A stretch of DNA of 32,000 nt from Planctomycetota bacterium (GCA_030746555.1 JASLMK010000072.1:12257-44256); one strand, 5' to 3'; counted from the stretch's first letter, positions 24,523 through 32,000 are shown. Translations and numbers: made by a program. The notes: generated by a model from the sequence alone, not told the origin.

Positions 24523-24771
24523 CCACCCCAGTCTGCCCCACCCGCGCCGCGGGCAGAAGCTCCCCTCCACGTGAGCTCGCGCCACAGCCCCCCGACAGGG
24601 GGAGGCCGCGCCCTCGAACGCGATAGGCGACCCGGGCAGATCCCTCGGGCGCGCCGGCGGTGCCGAGGGCTCGTGGTGCGGGGCGGCGCGGATCCCTCCG
24701 CCCGGCGCGCGGCGGCCCGGCTATGATCGAGACGGCCCATCCGTGCACCCGACAGAGACTGGAGATCGCTC

Positions 24772-26136
24772 ATGTCTTCCGCATCCGTCCTCTCACGCGC
24801 CTTGCCCGCGGCCCTGCTCGCACTGGCGGCGCCCCCCGCTCTCGCCCAGTCCGTGTGGTTCGTGGACGCCTCCGCCACTCCAGGCGGTGACGGCCACAGC
24901 TGGGCGACGGCCTTCGGCCAACTCCAGACGGCCCTCGACGTCGGGCTGGAGGGCGACCAGATCTGGGTCGCCGCAGGCGTCTACCACCCCACCAAGGAAC
25001 ACGTCCCCGGTGACCCCCTGAGCGTGATGTTCTACCTCTCCGAGCGCGTCTCCCTCTTCGGCGGGTTCCGGGGCACCGAGTCGAACCTCGACGAGCGCGA
25101 TCCCACCCTCTTCGAGAGCACCGTCCTCTCCGGAGACATCGGCGTCCCCGCCGACCCGTCCGACAACGCCAAGCACGTGGTGAAGATGGGGAGCCTGTCG
25201 ACCCCGGCCACCGTCCTGCCGGAGCTTGGCGGCTTCCGCATCACCGGGGGCAACGCCCCCGGGCGCGGAGGGGGCCTGGTGATCGGGCTGGACGGCCAGG
25301 GCTACTCCCCCGCCCTGACCGTCAGCGACGTCCTGTTCGACCACAACGCCGCCGACCAGGGCGGGGCGATCGCCACGCTCGACTTCGGCCTCCTGTTCCT
25401 GCGGCGCTGTCGCGTGGAGAACAACACCGCCCACACCGACGGCGCGGCCGTGTTCGCGCGCACGGGCTCCCTGCACGCGGCGAACTGCACGTTCACCGAC
25501 AACGCGGCCGGCGGCCGCGGAGGCGCGCTCTGGGCCACGTCCATCTCCTCGGGGATGATCGACTACGCCAACTGCCTGTTCGCACGGAACACGGCCGGGA
25601 GCTCGGGTGGCGCCGTCCACCTGAGCGGGTCGAACTTCTTTTCGGGCGTGGGCACCTGGCGCAACTGCACCTTCGCCGACAACCAGGCGGGCACCACCGG
25701 CGGGGCCTTCCACCTCAACACCAACTCCACCATCGAAGCTCGAGCGGACCTGTTCAACTCGATCGTCTGGGGCAACGACGCGCCCCGGAGCCCGCAGATC
25801 CACGGTCCGGGGCAGGTCGTCGAGTTCTGCGACGTCGAGGGCGGCTACCCGGGGGTGGGCAACATCGACGCCGATCCGCTCTTCACCGGGCCCTCCGGCG
25901 CGGGGTACGAGCCGGGCCCCGGCTCCCCGGTCAACGACGCGGGGGACAACGGCGCGATCGCGGCCGACCAGGTCGACCTCGACGGCGACGGCGTGATGAA
26001 CGAGCCCACTCCCATCGACCTGAACGGGACCCCGCGCCGCGTGGGCGAGCCCCTCGCCCCCGACACCGGGGCCGGCACGGCGCCGCTGGTGGACATGGGC
26101 GCCTTCGAGCAGCGCGTGTTCCAAAGGGCCCAGTGA
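24772..26136 (+). CDS. Secreted right-handed parallel beta-helix repeat protein (choice-of-anchor-Q / pectate-lyase-fold like)
   Basis: Signal peptide: ALLALAAPPALAQS. Starts VWFVDASATPGGDGHSWATAFGQLQTALD. Repeated xNxAxxGGA(i/l) rungs include FDHNAADQGGAIA, FTDNAAGGRGGALW, FARNTAGSSGGAVH and FADNQAGTTGGAFH, followed by GNIDADPLFTGP. GGAG lies 7 nt before the ATG. Confidence 0.85.
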   Translation: MSSASVLSRALPAALLALAAPPALAQSVWFVDASATPGGDGHSWATAFGQLQTALDVGLEGDQIWVAAGVYHPTKEHVPGDPLSVMFYLSERVSLFGGFRGTESNLDERDPTLFESTVLSGDIGVPADPSDNAKHVVKMGSLSTPATVLPELGGFRITGGNAPGRGGGLVIGLDGQGYSPALTVSDVLFDHNAADQGGAIATLDFGLLFLRRCRVENNTAHTDGAAVFARTGSLHAANCTFTDNAAGGRGGALWATSISSGMIDYANCLFARNTAGSSGGAVHLSGSNFFSGVGTWRNCTFADNQAGTTGGAFHLNTNSTIEARADLFNSIVWGNDAPRSPQIHGPGQVVEFCDVEGGYPGVGNIDADPLFTGPSGAGYEPGPGSPVNDAGDNGAIAADQVDLDGDGVMNEPTPIDLNGTPRRVGEPLAPDTGAGTAPLVDMGAFEQRVFQRAQ

Positions 26137-26178
26137 CGCCTGGGATCGCCCGCGCGGTGGGGATGCCCGCCGCTCCAA

Positions 26179-26215
26179 GGTGGGCGGCGAGCGGCTCGGC
26201 CCGCCGCCGACCACC
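26179..26215 (+). terminator. GC-rich hairpin downstream of the beta-helix gene (terminator candidate, no U tract)
   Basis: GGTGG-GCGGCG ... CGCCGC-(cga)-CCACC gives 6 + 5 bp with a 3-nt bulge, starting 43 nt after the stop at 26136. Confidence 0.25.
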
Positions 26216-26349
26216 TCGGCGGCTCACCCCACCCTGAACCGGGAACGGCGCGGACATCCGCTCTCCCCGCTGGAGGGGGAGAGCCTCCCAGCGGTAGGAT
26301 CGACGCGCCACGAGATCGACCCTGCCCAGACTCCGGCCGCCCCCCCCCG

Positions 26350-26784
26350 ATGAGCCACGAGACCCTCGAACCCTCCGACGCCCACGAGCGCATCCAGCGC
26401 GAACAGGGCTGGCACTGCCTCGACGTGCGCACGCCCGAGGAGTTCGCCGCCGGGCACCTTCCGGGGGCCTGGAACGTCCCCTTCGGCTTCAAGAGCCCCG
26501 GCGGCCTGGTCGCCAATCCCGAGTTCCTCGAGGCGATCGAGCGCCTGTTCGGCAAGCAGGCCCGCATGGTGGTGTACTGAGCGGCCGGAGGGCGCTCGCA
26601 GCGTGCCTGCGAGCTCCTGGTCGCCGCCGGCTTCACCGGGCTGGTAGACATGCCCGGCGGGTTCAGCGGGAAACGCGACGAGGCGGGGACCGTGGTGATC
26701 GCGGGCTGGCAGGCGCGAGAGCTGCCGTGCACCGAGGCGCCCGAGGCCGGGCGCTCCTGGGATGAGCTGCGCGGGGGGGGCTGA
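26350..26784 (+). CDS. Single-domain rhodanese-like sulfurtransferase with an in-frame TGA (26578-26580) at the catalytic-Cys position; candidate selenoprotein (alternatively a pseudogene)
   Basis: The track ORF 26350..26580 ends ...FGKQARMVVY-TGA. The same frame continues AAGGRSQRACELLVAAGFTGLVDMPGGFSG...IAGWQARELPC to TGA 26782-26784. Joined, it aligns by eye with GlpE-type and plant Str-type rhodaneses (DVRTPEEFAAGHLPGA; VVY[U]AAGGRS against xxxCxxGxRS; GGFxxW). The downstream half has no start codon of its own near its 5' end. Confidence 0.6.
26590..26618 (+). promoter_or_regulatory. Candidate bacterial SECIS-like hairpin immediately 3' of the in-frame UGA
   Basis: GCTCGCAG (26594-26601) pairs perfectly with CTGCGAGC (26607-26614) around a 5-nt loop CGUGC. 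The stem extends by 3 more pairs (26590-92 with 26616-18, including one G.U) across a single C/U mismatch. The base of the stem starts 10 nt after the UGA and the apical loop 22 nt after it. Confidence 0.45.
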
Positions 26785-26857
26785 AGCACGACAGCCTCCG
26801 CCCGAAGGAGATCACGCCCCGGCGAAACGCGGCGGCGCGCCGCGCGTATCTGCCAGC

Positions 26858-28636
26858 ATGATCGCACGCTCCATCCTCCTTTCGTGGGCGGCCGTCGTCG
26901 CGCCGCCCGCCGCACTCGCCGACGCGCCGGCCATCGGCGAGCGCATCGGCGAGCTCTCCTTCACCGACACGCGCTACCTGCCGCGCTCCCTCGGCGAGTT
27001 CGGAGAGCGAGAGGCCTTCGTGCTGGTCTTCACGACCACCGACTGCCCCCTGGTGCAGCGCTACCTGCCGCGCCTGGCCGCCATGGAGCGTGAGTACCGC
27101 CCCCGGAGCGTGCAGTTCCTCGCCGTCGGCGTCGGACCTCACGACTCCCTGATCGAGATCGCCGCCCAGGCGGTCGAGAAGGGCGGCGGGATCCCCTTCG
27201 TGAAGGACTTCGACGGCTCGACCGTCGAAGCCCTGGGCGTCGAGCGCACCCCCGAGGTGGTCGTCCTCGACGGCCAGAGGCGCCTGCGCTACCGCGGGCG
27301 AGTGGACAGCCAGTACCGCCTCGGCGGCGTGCGCCCCGACGAGGGGCGCGCGGACCTGCGCGAGGCCCTGGAGGCCGTGCTCGCGGGGAGGGAGGTGAGC
27401 GTCGGCGAGACTCCGGTGGACGGCTGCCGCATCCAGCCGACGCGGGAACGCACGGGGCAGGCGCCGCCCTACGCCGCGGTGGACGCCGTCCTGCGCGCGC
27501 ACTGCCAGGAGTGCCACCGGCCCGGGACCGAGGCGCCCTTCTCCCTGATCACCTTCGACCAGGTCGCGGCCCACGCCGACACGATCGGGGAGGTCGTGCG
27601 CGAGGGGCGCATGCCGCCCTGGTACGCCGACGAGCGTCACGGCACCTTCGGGAACTCGCGCCTGCTCGACGACGACGAGCGCGAGACCCTGCTGGCCTGG
27701 GTCGCCGCCGGTGCCCCCGACCCCGGTCCTCAGCCCCTGCCGCCGCCGGTCGAGTGGCCCGAGACCGACTGGCGCATCGGAGAACCCGACCTCGTCATCA
27801 CCCAGCCGAAGGCGGAGGAGCTGCCGGCCGATGGCTACGTCCCCTACCGCTACGAGGTCCTGCCCCACGTGTTCACCCACGACACCTGGGTCTCCGCGGT
27901 CGAGGTGCGGCCCGACAATCCCGGGTCCCTGCACCACGCGAACCTCGTGCACTTTCGCCTCGGGATGGACTTCGACGACGGCGGGTTCATCACCGGTCAG
28001 GTGCCCGGAGGCTCGCCCATGGACCTGCCGAGCGGAACGGCGGTCCTCATCCCCAAGGACTCGGTGCTCGCCCTGCAGATGCACTTCGTCACCACCGGCG
28101 TCGAGGAGCGCTGCCAGATCGAGGTCGGCCTGCGCTACCCGCGAGCGAAGGTGCGCAAGGAGCTCAAGCACCACATGATCGCGAACCACGGGTTCCGCAT
28201 CCCGCCCCACGCGCCCGCCCACCCGGTCGCCGCCGCGGCGACCTTCGCACGCGACGCCACGGGGGTCGGGATGTTCTCCCACATGCACCTGCGCGGGCGG
28301 GACATGACCTTCGAGGCTACCTACCCCTCCGGTGAGCGCGAGGTCCTGCTGTCCATCCCCAACTACAGCTTCGACTGGCAGCTCGGCTACGAGCTCGCTC
28401 CCGACGCCCGGCGCTTCCCCGCAGGGACGCGAGTCGACGTCCTGGCCCACTTCGACAACTCGGCCTTCAACCCCTACAACCCCGATCCCTCGAAGACCGT
28501 GCGTTGGGGCCCGCAGACCCACCACGAGATGATGATCGGCTTCCTCTTCTTCACGGAGGACGAGCAGGACCTCGGGTTGGTCGTCGACCCCGCCACCGGG
28601 CGCATCGTCGAGGCTTCGGGCGAAGCCGGGGGCTGA
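26858..28636 (+). CDS. Exported multidomain redox protein: redoxin/AhpC-TSA-like thioredoxin fold + CxxCH cytochrome c (Planctomycete-cytochrome-c-like) + copper type II ascorbate-dependent-monooxygenase-like C-terminal domain
   Basis: Starts at ATG 26858 (MIARSILLSWAAVVAPPAALADA signal). Redoxin block: EAFVLVFTTTDCPLVQRYLPRL...TPEVVVLDG. Heme motif: LRAHCQECHRPG...MPPW. The C-terminal domain has LHHANLVH, LQMHF, SHMHLRG and THHEMMIG, arranged like the PHM/DBH copper ligands. Confidence 0.85.
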   Translation: MIARSILLSWAAVVAPPAALADAPAIGERIGELSFTDTRYLPRSLGEFGEREAFVLVFTTTDCPLVQRYLPRLAAMEREYRPRSVQFLAVGVGPHDSLIEIAAQAVEKGGGIPFVKDFDGSTVEALGVERTPEVVVLDGQRRLRYRGRVDSQYRLGGVRPDEGRADLREALEAVLAGREVSVGETPVDGCRIQPTRERTGQAPPYAAVDAVLRAHCQECHRPGTEAPFSLITFDQVAAHADTIGEVVREGRMPPWYADERHGTFGNSRLLDDDERETLLAWVAAGAPDPGPQPLPPPVEWPETDWRIGEPDLVITQPKAEELPADGYVPYRYEVLPHVFTHDTWVSAVEVRPDNPGSLHHANLVHFRLGMDFDDGGFITGQVPGGSPMDLPSGTAVLIPKDSVLALQMHFVTTGVEERCQIEVGLRYPRAKVRKELKHHMIANHGFRIPPHAPAHPVAAAATFARDATGVGMFSHMHLRGRDMTFEATYPSGEREVLLSIPNYSFDWQLGYELAPDARRFPAGTRVDVLAHFDNSAFNPYNPDPSKTVRWGPQTHHEMMIGFLFFTEDEQDLGLVVDPATGRIVEASGEAGG

Positions 28637-28650
28637 GCCGCCGAGGTTGT

Positions 28651-28683
28651 TTGTCCACCGCCACGTGGGCCGATATCATCGGC
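28651..28683 (+). promoter_or_regulatory. Sigma70-like promoter candidate with overlapping palindromic operator-like sites upstream of mmsA
   Basis: TTGTCC (28651-56), a 17-nt spacer, then TATCAT (28674-79), in an unusually AT-rich patch. The perfect palindrome CCACGTGG (28661-68) sits in the spacer. The inverted repeat GCCGAT-ATC-ATCGGC (28669-83) overlaps the -10. Confidence 0.3.
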
Positions 28684-28757
28684 GCCCCGCTCCCGCCGCA
28701 GAGGCTCCGCCCGCACCGGGCCGGCCGCGGTCGCAGGGCGCGGGAGACCTCCCCCAG

Positions 28758-30209
28758 ATGACGGCTGAACGACTGCAGAATCACATCGACGGCGCGTGGA
28801 CCGATTCCGATGCCGCCGAGGTCTACGAAGTGACCAATCCCGCCAGCGGCGAGGTCATCGGCCTGACGCCCCTGTGCGGAGCCGAGGAGGTCGACGCCGC
28901 CGTGCGTTCCGCCGCGCGCGCCTACCCCGCCTGGCGCCGCACGCCGATCCAGGAGCGCATCCAACCCCTCTTCCGCCTGAAGGCGCTGCTCGAGGAGCAC
29001 GCGGAAGAGCTGGCCGCCGTCGTCACGCGCGAGAACGGCAAGACGCTGCCGGAGGCGCGCGGGAGCGTGCGGCGTGGGATCCAGATGATCGAGGCCGCCT
29101 GCGGCGCGCCCTCCTTGATGATGGGCCAGGCCCTGGAGGACATCGCCGCCGGCATCGACTGCGAGAGCGTGCGCCAGCCGCTCGGCGTCTTCGCCTGCAT
29201 CGCACCCTTCAACTTCCCCGCCATGGTGCCGATGTGGTTCTTCCCCTTCGCCGTGGCCTGCGGGAACACGTTCGTCTGCAAGCCCTCCGAGCAGGTCCCC
29301 TTCAGCCAGAAGCTCGTCTGGCGCCTGATCGACGAGGCCGGTTTCCCGCCGGGCGTGTTGAACCTCGTGCACGGCGGGCGCGAGGCCGTAGACACCCTGA
29401 TCGAACACCCCCTGGTGCGCGGCGTCTCGTTCGTCGGCTCCAGCCCCGTGGCCGAGCACGTCTACAAGACCGCGGCGGCCCACGGCAAGCGCGTCCAGGC
29501 CCTCGGCGGCGCCAAGAACTTCGTCATCGTCATGCCCGACGCGGACATGGACGCGACCGTGGCCTCGATCACCGACTCCGCCTTCGGCTGCGCCGGCGAG
29601 CGCTGCCTGGCTGCCAGCATCGTCGTGTGTGTCGGCGACAGCCACGCCGAGGTGCGCGCGGGCCTGGTGCGCGCCATGGGCGAGATCGAGGTCGGCGACG
29701 GGACGCGTGAGGGAGTGACCCTGGGCCCGCTGATCTCCGCGGCACACAAGCGCAAGGTCGAGGAGCGCATCGCCGCCGGCGTCGAGGAGGGCGCCGAGCT
29801 GGTGCTCGACGGCCGCGGCGTGAAGGTCGACGGCTCCGAGGGCGGCTTCTTCCTCGGTCCGACCCTGTTCGACGGCGTCTCCCCGACCATGAGCATCGGC
29901 ACCGAGGAGGTCTTCGGGCCGGTGCTGTGCCTGATGCGGGCCGAGACCATCGAGGACGCCCTCGAGCTCGCCCGCAACCAGCCGCTGGCCAACGCCAGCT
30001 CGATCTTCACCACCAGCGGGAGGCACGCGCGCACCTTCCGCTACGAGATCGAGGCCAGCATGGCCGGCGTCAACATCGGCGTCGCCGCCCCCATGTCCTT
30101 CTTCGGCTTCGGCGGCGCGAAGGGCTCGTTCTTCGGAGACCTCAAGGCCCACGGGCGCGAGGCCTTCGACTTCTTCACCGACCGCAAGGTCGTCATCTCC
30201 CGCTGGTAG
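28758..30209 (+). CDS. mmsA: CoA-acylating methylmalonate-semialdehyde / malonate-semialdehyde dehydrogenase
   Basis: Starts at ATG 28758, with GGGAGA 10 nt upstream. ALDH-family blocks: CIAPFNFPAMVPMWFFPFAVACGNTFVCKPSE, FVGSSPVAEHVY, GGAKNF, AFGCAGERCLA (catalytic Cys, MMSDH-type GERC) and EEVFGPVL. The C-terminal FFGDLKAHGREAFDFFTDRKVV is typical of MmsA. Confidence 0.9.
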   Translation: MTAERLQNHIDGAWTDSDAAEVYEVTNPASGEVIGLTPLCGAEEVDAAVRSAARAYPAWRRTPIQERIQPLFRLKALLEEHAEELAAVVTRENGKTLPEARGSVRRGIQMIEAACGAPSLMMGQALEDIAAGIDCESVRQPLGVFACIAPFNFPAMVPMWFFPFAVACGNTFVCKPSEQVPFSQKLVWRLIDEAGFPPGVLNLVHGGREAVDTLIEHPLVRGVSFVGSSPVAEHVYKTAAAHGKRVQALGGAKNFVIVMPDADMDATVASITDSAFGCAGERCLAASIVVCVGDSHAEVRAGLVRAMGEIEVGDGTREGVTLGPLISAAHKRKVEERIAAGVEEGAELVLDGRGVKVDGSEGGFFLGPTLFDGVSPTMSIGTEEVFGPVLCLMRAETIEDALELARNQPLANASSIFTTSGRHARTFRYEIEASMAGVNIGVAAPMSFFGFGGAKGSFFGDLKAHGREAFDFFTDRKVVISRW

Positions 30210-30227
30210 AGAGAGGATCCCCAAAGC

Positions 30228-31100
30228 GTGGCAAGAATCGTCAAGGGCGGACTGATCCAGTGCGCCAACCCCAAGAACGACGAGACGCTCCCGGTGGCGG
30301 AGATCCAGGCGGCTGCGCTCTCCAAGCACCTCCCGCTGATCGAGGAGGCCGGGGCGGCCGGCGTGCAGATCCTCTGCCTGCAAGAGATCTTCAACGGCCC
30401 CTACTTCTGTCCCGGCCAGGACGCCCGCTGGTACGACGCCGCGGAGCCGATCCCAGGGCCGACCACCGAGGCCCTCGCACCGCTGGCGGCCAAGCACCAG
30501 ATGGTGCTCGTCGTGCCGCTCTACGAGCGCGAGCAGGCCGGCGTCTACTACAACAGCGCCGCGGTCATCGACGCCGACGGCACCTACCTCGGCAAGTACC
30601 GCAAGAACCACATCCCCCACACCTCGGGGTTCTGGGAGAAGTTCTTCTTCAAGCCGGGGAACCTCGGCTATCCGGTCTTCGAGACGGCCTACGCCAAGGT
30701 CGGGGTGTACATCTGCTATGACCGTCACTTCCCCGAGGGGGCGCGGCTGTTGGGCCTGAACGGCGCCGAGATCGTCTTCAATCCCTCCGCCACGGTCGCG
30801 GGCCTCTCCCAGTACCTGTGGAAGCTCGAGCAGCCCGCCCACGCCGTCGCCAACGGCTACTTCATGGGCTGCATCAACCGGGTCGGGACCGAGGCGCCCT
30901 GGAACCTCGGGAAGTTCTACGGCACCAGCTACTTCGTCGATCCGCGCGGGAGCTTCTTGGCCGAAGGCTCCGAGGACGACGACGAGCTGGTCTGCGCCGA
31001 GATGGACCTGGAGCTGATCGAGGAAGTGCGGCGCGTGTGGCAGTTCTACCGCGACCGACGCCCGGAGACCTACGAGGACATGGTCGGCCTGCTGCCCTGA
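30228..31100 (+). CDS. Beta-ureidopropionase (N-carbamoyl-beta-alanine amidohydrolase), nitrilase superfamily
   Basis: GTG start at 30228. Nitrilase E-K-C triad contexts: ILCLQEIFNGPYFC, GKYRKNHIPH and VYICYDRHFPE. High by-eye similarity to animal/bacterial beta-ureidopropionases (WEKFFFKPGNLGYPVF, QPAHAVANGYF). Confidence 0.9.
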   Translation: MARIVKGGLIQCANPKNDETLPVAEIQAAALSKHLPLIEEAGAAGVQILCLQEIFNGPYFCPGQDARWYDAAEPIPGPTTEALAPLAAKHQMVLVVPLYEREQAGVYYNSAAVIDADGTYLGKYRKNHIPHTSGFWEKFFFKPGNLGYPVFETAYAKVGVYICYDRHFPEGARLLGLNGAEIVFNPSATVAGLSQYLWKLEQPAHAVANGYFMGCINRVGTEAPWNLGKFYGTSYFVDPRGSFLAEGSEDDDELVCAEMDLELIEEVRRVWQFYRDRRPETYEDMVGLLP

Positions 31101-31108
31101 GGAGAGCG

Positions 31109-32000
31109 ATGGCGAAGACACTCATCCAAGGCGGAACGGTCGTGACGGCGACCGAGGTCTTCCGCGGCGACGTGCTGGTCGACGGCGAGCGGGTCGAGGC
31201 GGTCGGCTGCGACCTCTCAGGCGAGGTGGACCGCACGATCGACGCCACCGACCGACTGGTGATCCCCGGCGGCATCGACGTGCACACGCACCTCGACATG
31301 CCGTTCGGCGGCGCCTTCTCGGTGGACGACTTCGAGACCGGGACCATCGCGGCGGCCCACGGCGGCACGACGACGGTGGTCGACTTCGCCATCCAGGAGC
31401 GCGGCAAGACCCTGCGCCACGCCTGGGAGAGTTGGATGGCCAAGGCCGAGGGCAAGGCGGCCATCGACTACGGCTTCCACATGATCCTGTCCGAGCACAC
31501 GCGCGAGCTCGAGCGCGAGATGGGCGACATGGTCGAGGAGGGCGTGACCTCCTTCAAGCTGTTCATGGCTTACCCCGGCGTCTTCTACATGGACGACGGC
31601 GGCATCTTCCGCTGCATGCAGCGCTCCGGCGAGATCGGGGCGACCATCTGCATGCACGCGGAGAACGGCATCGTGATCGACGTCCTGGTGGAGCAGGCCC
31701 TCGCTCGCGGGGAGACCGAGCCGCGCTACCACGCCCTCACGCGCCCGCCGCGCGCCGAGGCGGAGGCCACCCACCGTGCGATCGCCCTGGCCGAGATGGC
31801 GGACGTCCCCGTCTACATCGTGCACCTCTCCGCCGCCGAGGCCCTGGCGGAGGTGACCGCCGCCCGCGCCCGCGGTCTGGCGGCCTTCGCCGAGACCTGT
31901 CCCCAGTACCTGTTCCTCTCCTACGACAACTACGAGGAGCCGGACTTCGAGGGCGCCAAGTACGTCATGAGCCCGCCCCTGCGGGACAAGGCCAAGCAGG
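31109..32000 (+). CDS. hydA: Dihydropyrimidinase / D-hydantoinase (N-terminal ~297 codons; continues beyond the window)
   Basis: ATG 31109 with GGAGAG 2 nt upstream. MAKTLIQGGTVVTA, VIPGGIDVHTHLDMPFGG (HxH metal site), SFKLFMAYPG (carboxylated Lys), CMHAENG and VYIVHLS. The frame has no stop before base 32000, which probably explains why this ORF is missing from the track. Confidence 0.9.
   Translation, partial: MAKTLIQGGTVVTATEVFRGDVLVDGERVEAVGCDLSGEVDRTIDATDRLVIPGGIDVHTHLDMPFGGAFSVDDFETGTIAAAHGGTTTVVDFAIQERGKTLRHAWESWMAKAEGKAAIDYGFHMILSEHTRELEREMGDMVEEGVTSFKLFMAYPGVFYMDDGGIFRCMQRSGEIGATICMHAENGIVIDVLVEQALARGETEPRYHALTRPPRAEAEATHRAIALAEMADVPVYIVHLSAAEALAEVTAARARGLAAFAETCPQYLFLSYDNYEEPDFEGAKYVMSPPLRDKAKQ

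Noticed and set aside
26578-26580. Treating the TGA as an ordinary stop, which would give a 76-aa protein
   Set aside because: The truncated product would end one residue before the rhodanese active-site loop. The same frame continues through the rest of the domain with intact coding bias. Recoding (Sec) or a very recent pseudogene fit better, and the pseudogene option is kept open in the feature call.
24793-28525. Long minus-strand ORFs 24793..26214, 25845..26915 and 26663..28525
   Set aside because: They are antisense or alternative-frame shadows of the beta-helix, rhodanese and redoxin-fusion genes, with low-complexity translations.
28611-28625. Hairpin GGCTTCG-GG-CGAAGCC near the end of the redoxin-fusion gene, followed by GTTGTTTGT
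   Set aside because: It lies inside the CDS, its loop is too small, and it is about 20 nt from the T-rich stretch, so it does not have terminator geometry.
28551-31121. 856-aa minus-strand ORF
   Set aside because: It is antisense to mmsA and beta-ureidopropionase, both of which have unambiguous catalytic motifs on the plus strand.
1-32000. Scan for tRNA/rRNA genes, integrases/transposases, toxin-antitoxin pairs and defence-system genes
   Set aside because: I found no cloverleaf-like or rRNA-like segments. No ORF carries nuclease, ATPase, integrase or transposase motifs. A proper tRNAscan/Infernal run would be needed to exclude small RNAs.

Overview
The window is very GC-rich bacterial DNA (about 70% by eye). 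This makes the six-frame track full of long antisense ORFs, which I judged spurious from their Arg/Gly/Pro/Ala-rich composition and lack of motifs. I support 23 protein-coding genes and find no rRNA, tRNA, CRISPR array or mobile element.

Gene order, left to right:
- 1-5668: a partial FAD oxidoreductase, a membrane-anchored SGNH hydrolase, a membrane-anchored sulfatase-superfamily protein that lacks the formylglycine motif, and an NfsA-like nitroreductase.
- 5759-18268: a tightly coupled, convergent two-operon cluster (detailed below).
- 18354-23298: two hypothetical exported proteins and a lipoprotein-LptF-like-LptG-like operon, preceded by a perfect 22-bp tandem repeat.
- 23470-28636: a secreted alpha/alpha-toroid-like protein with a CxxCH motif, a secreted beta-helix protein, a rhodanese gene, and a redoxin/cytochrome c/copper-monooxygenase-like fusion.
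- 28758-32000: an ordinary reductive pyrimidine catabolism block (mmsA, beta-ureidopropionase, partial dihydropyrimidinase).

The most interesting signal is the 5759-18268 cluster. The plus operon encodes a PEP-utilizing/rifampin-phosphotransferase-like kinase, a UbiA prenyltransferase, a BtaA-like (DUF3419) SAM aminocarboxypropyl transferase and a PSD-like decarboxylase. The minus operon encodes a class-III aminotransferase fused to an acyl-ACP-reductase-like domain, a second PEP-utilizing kinase and a GNAT-like acyltransferase. I do not recognise this enzyme combination as any characterised pathway. It reads like the biosynthesis of an unusual amino- or aminopropyl-bearing membrane lipid.

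The second strong signal is the rhodanese gene at 26350-26784. Its in-frame TGA falls exactly at the catalytic-Cys position and is followed by a well-placed hairpin, which makes it a candidate selenoprotein.

All functional calls rest on motif recognition from memory. No database search was run.
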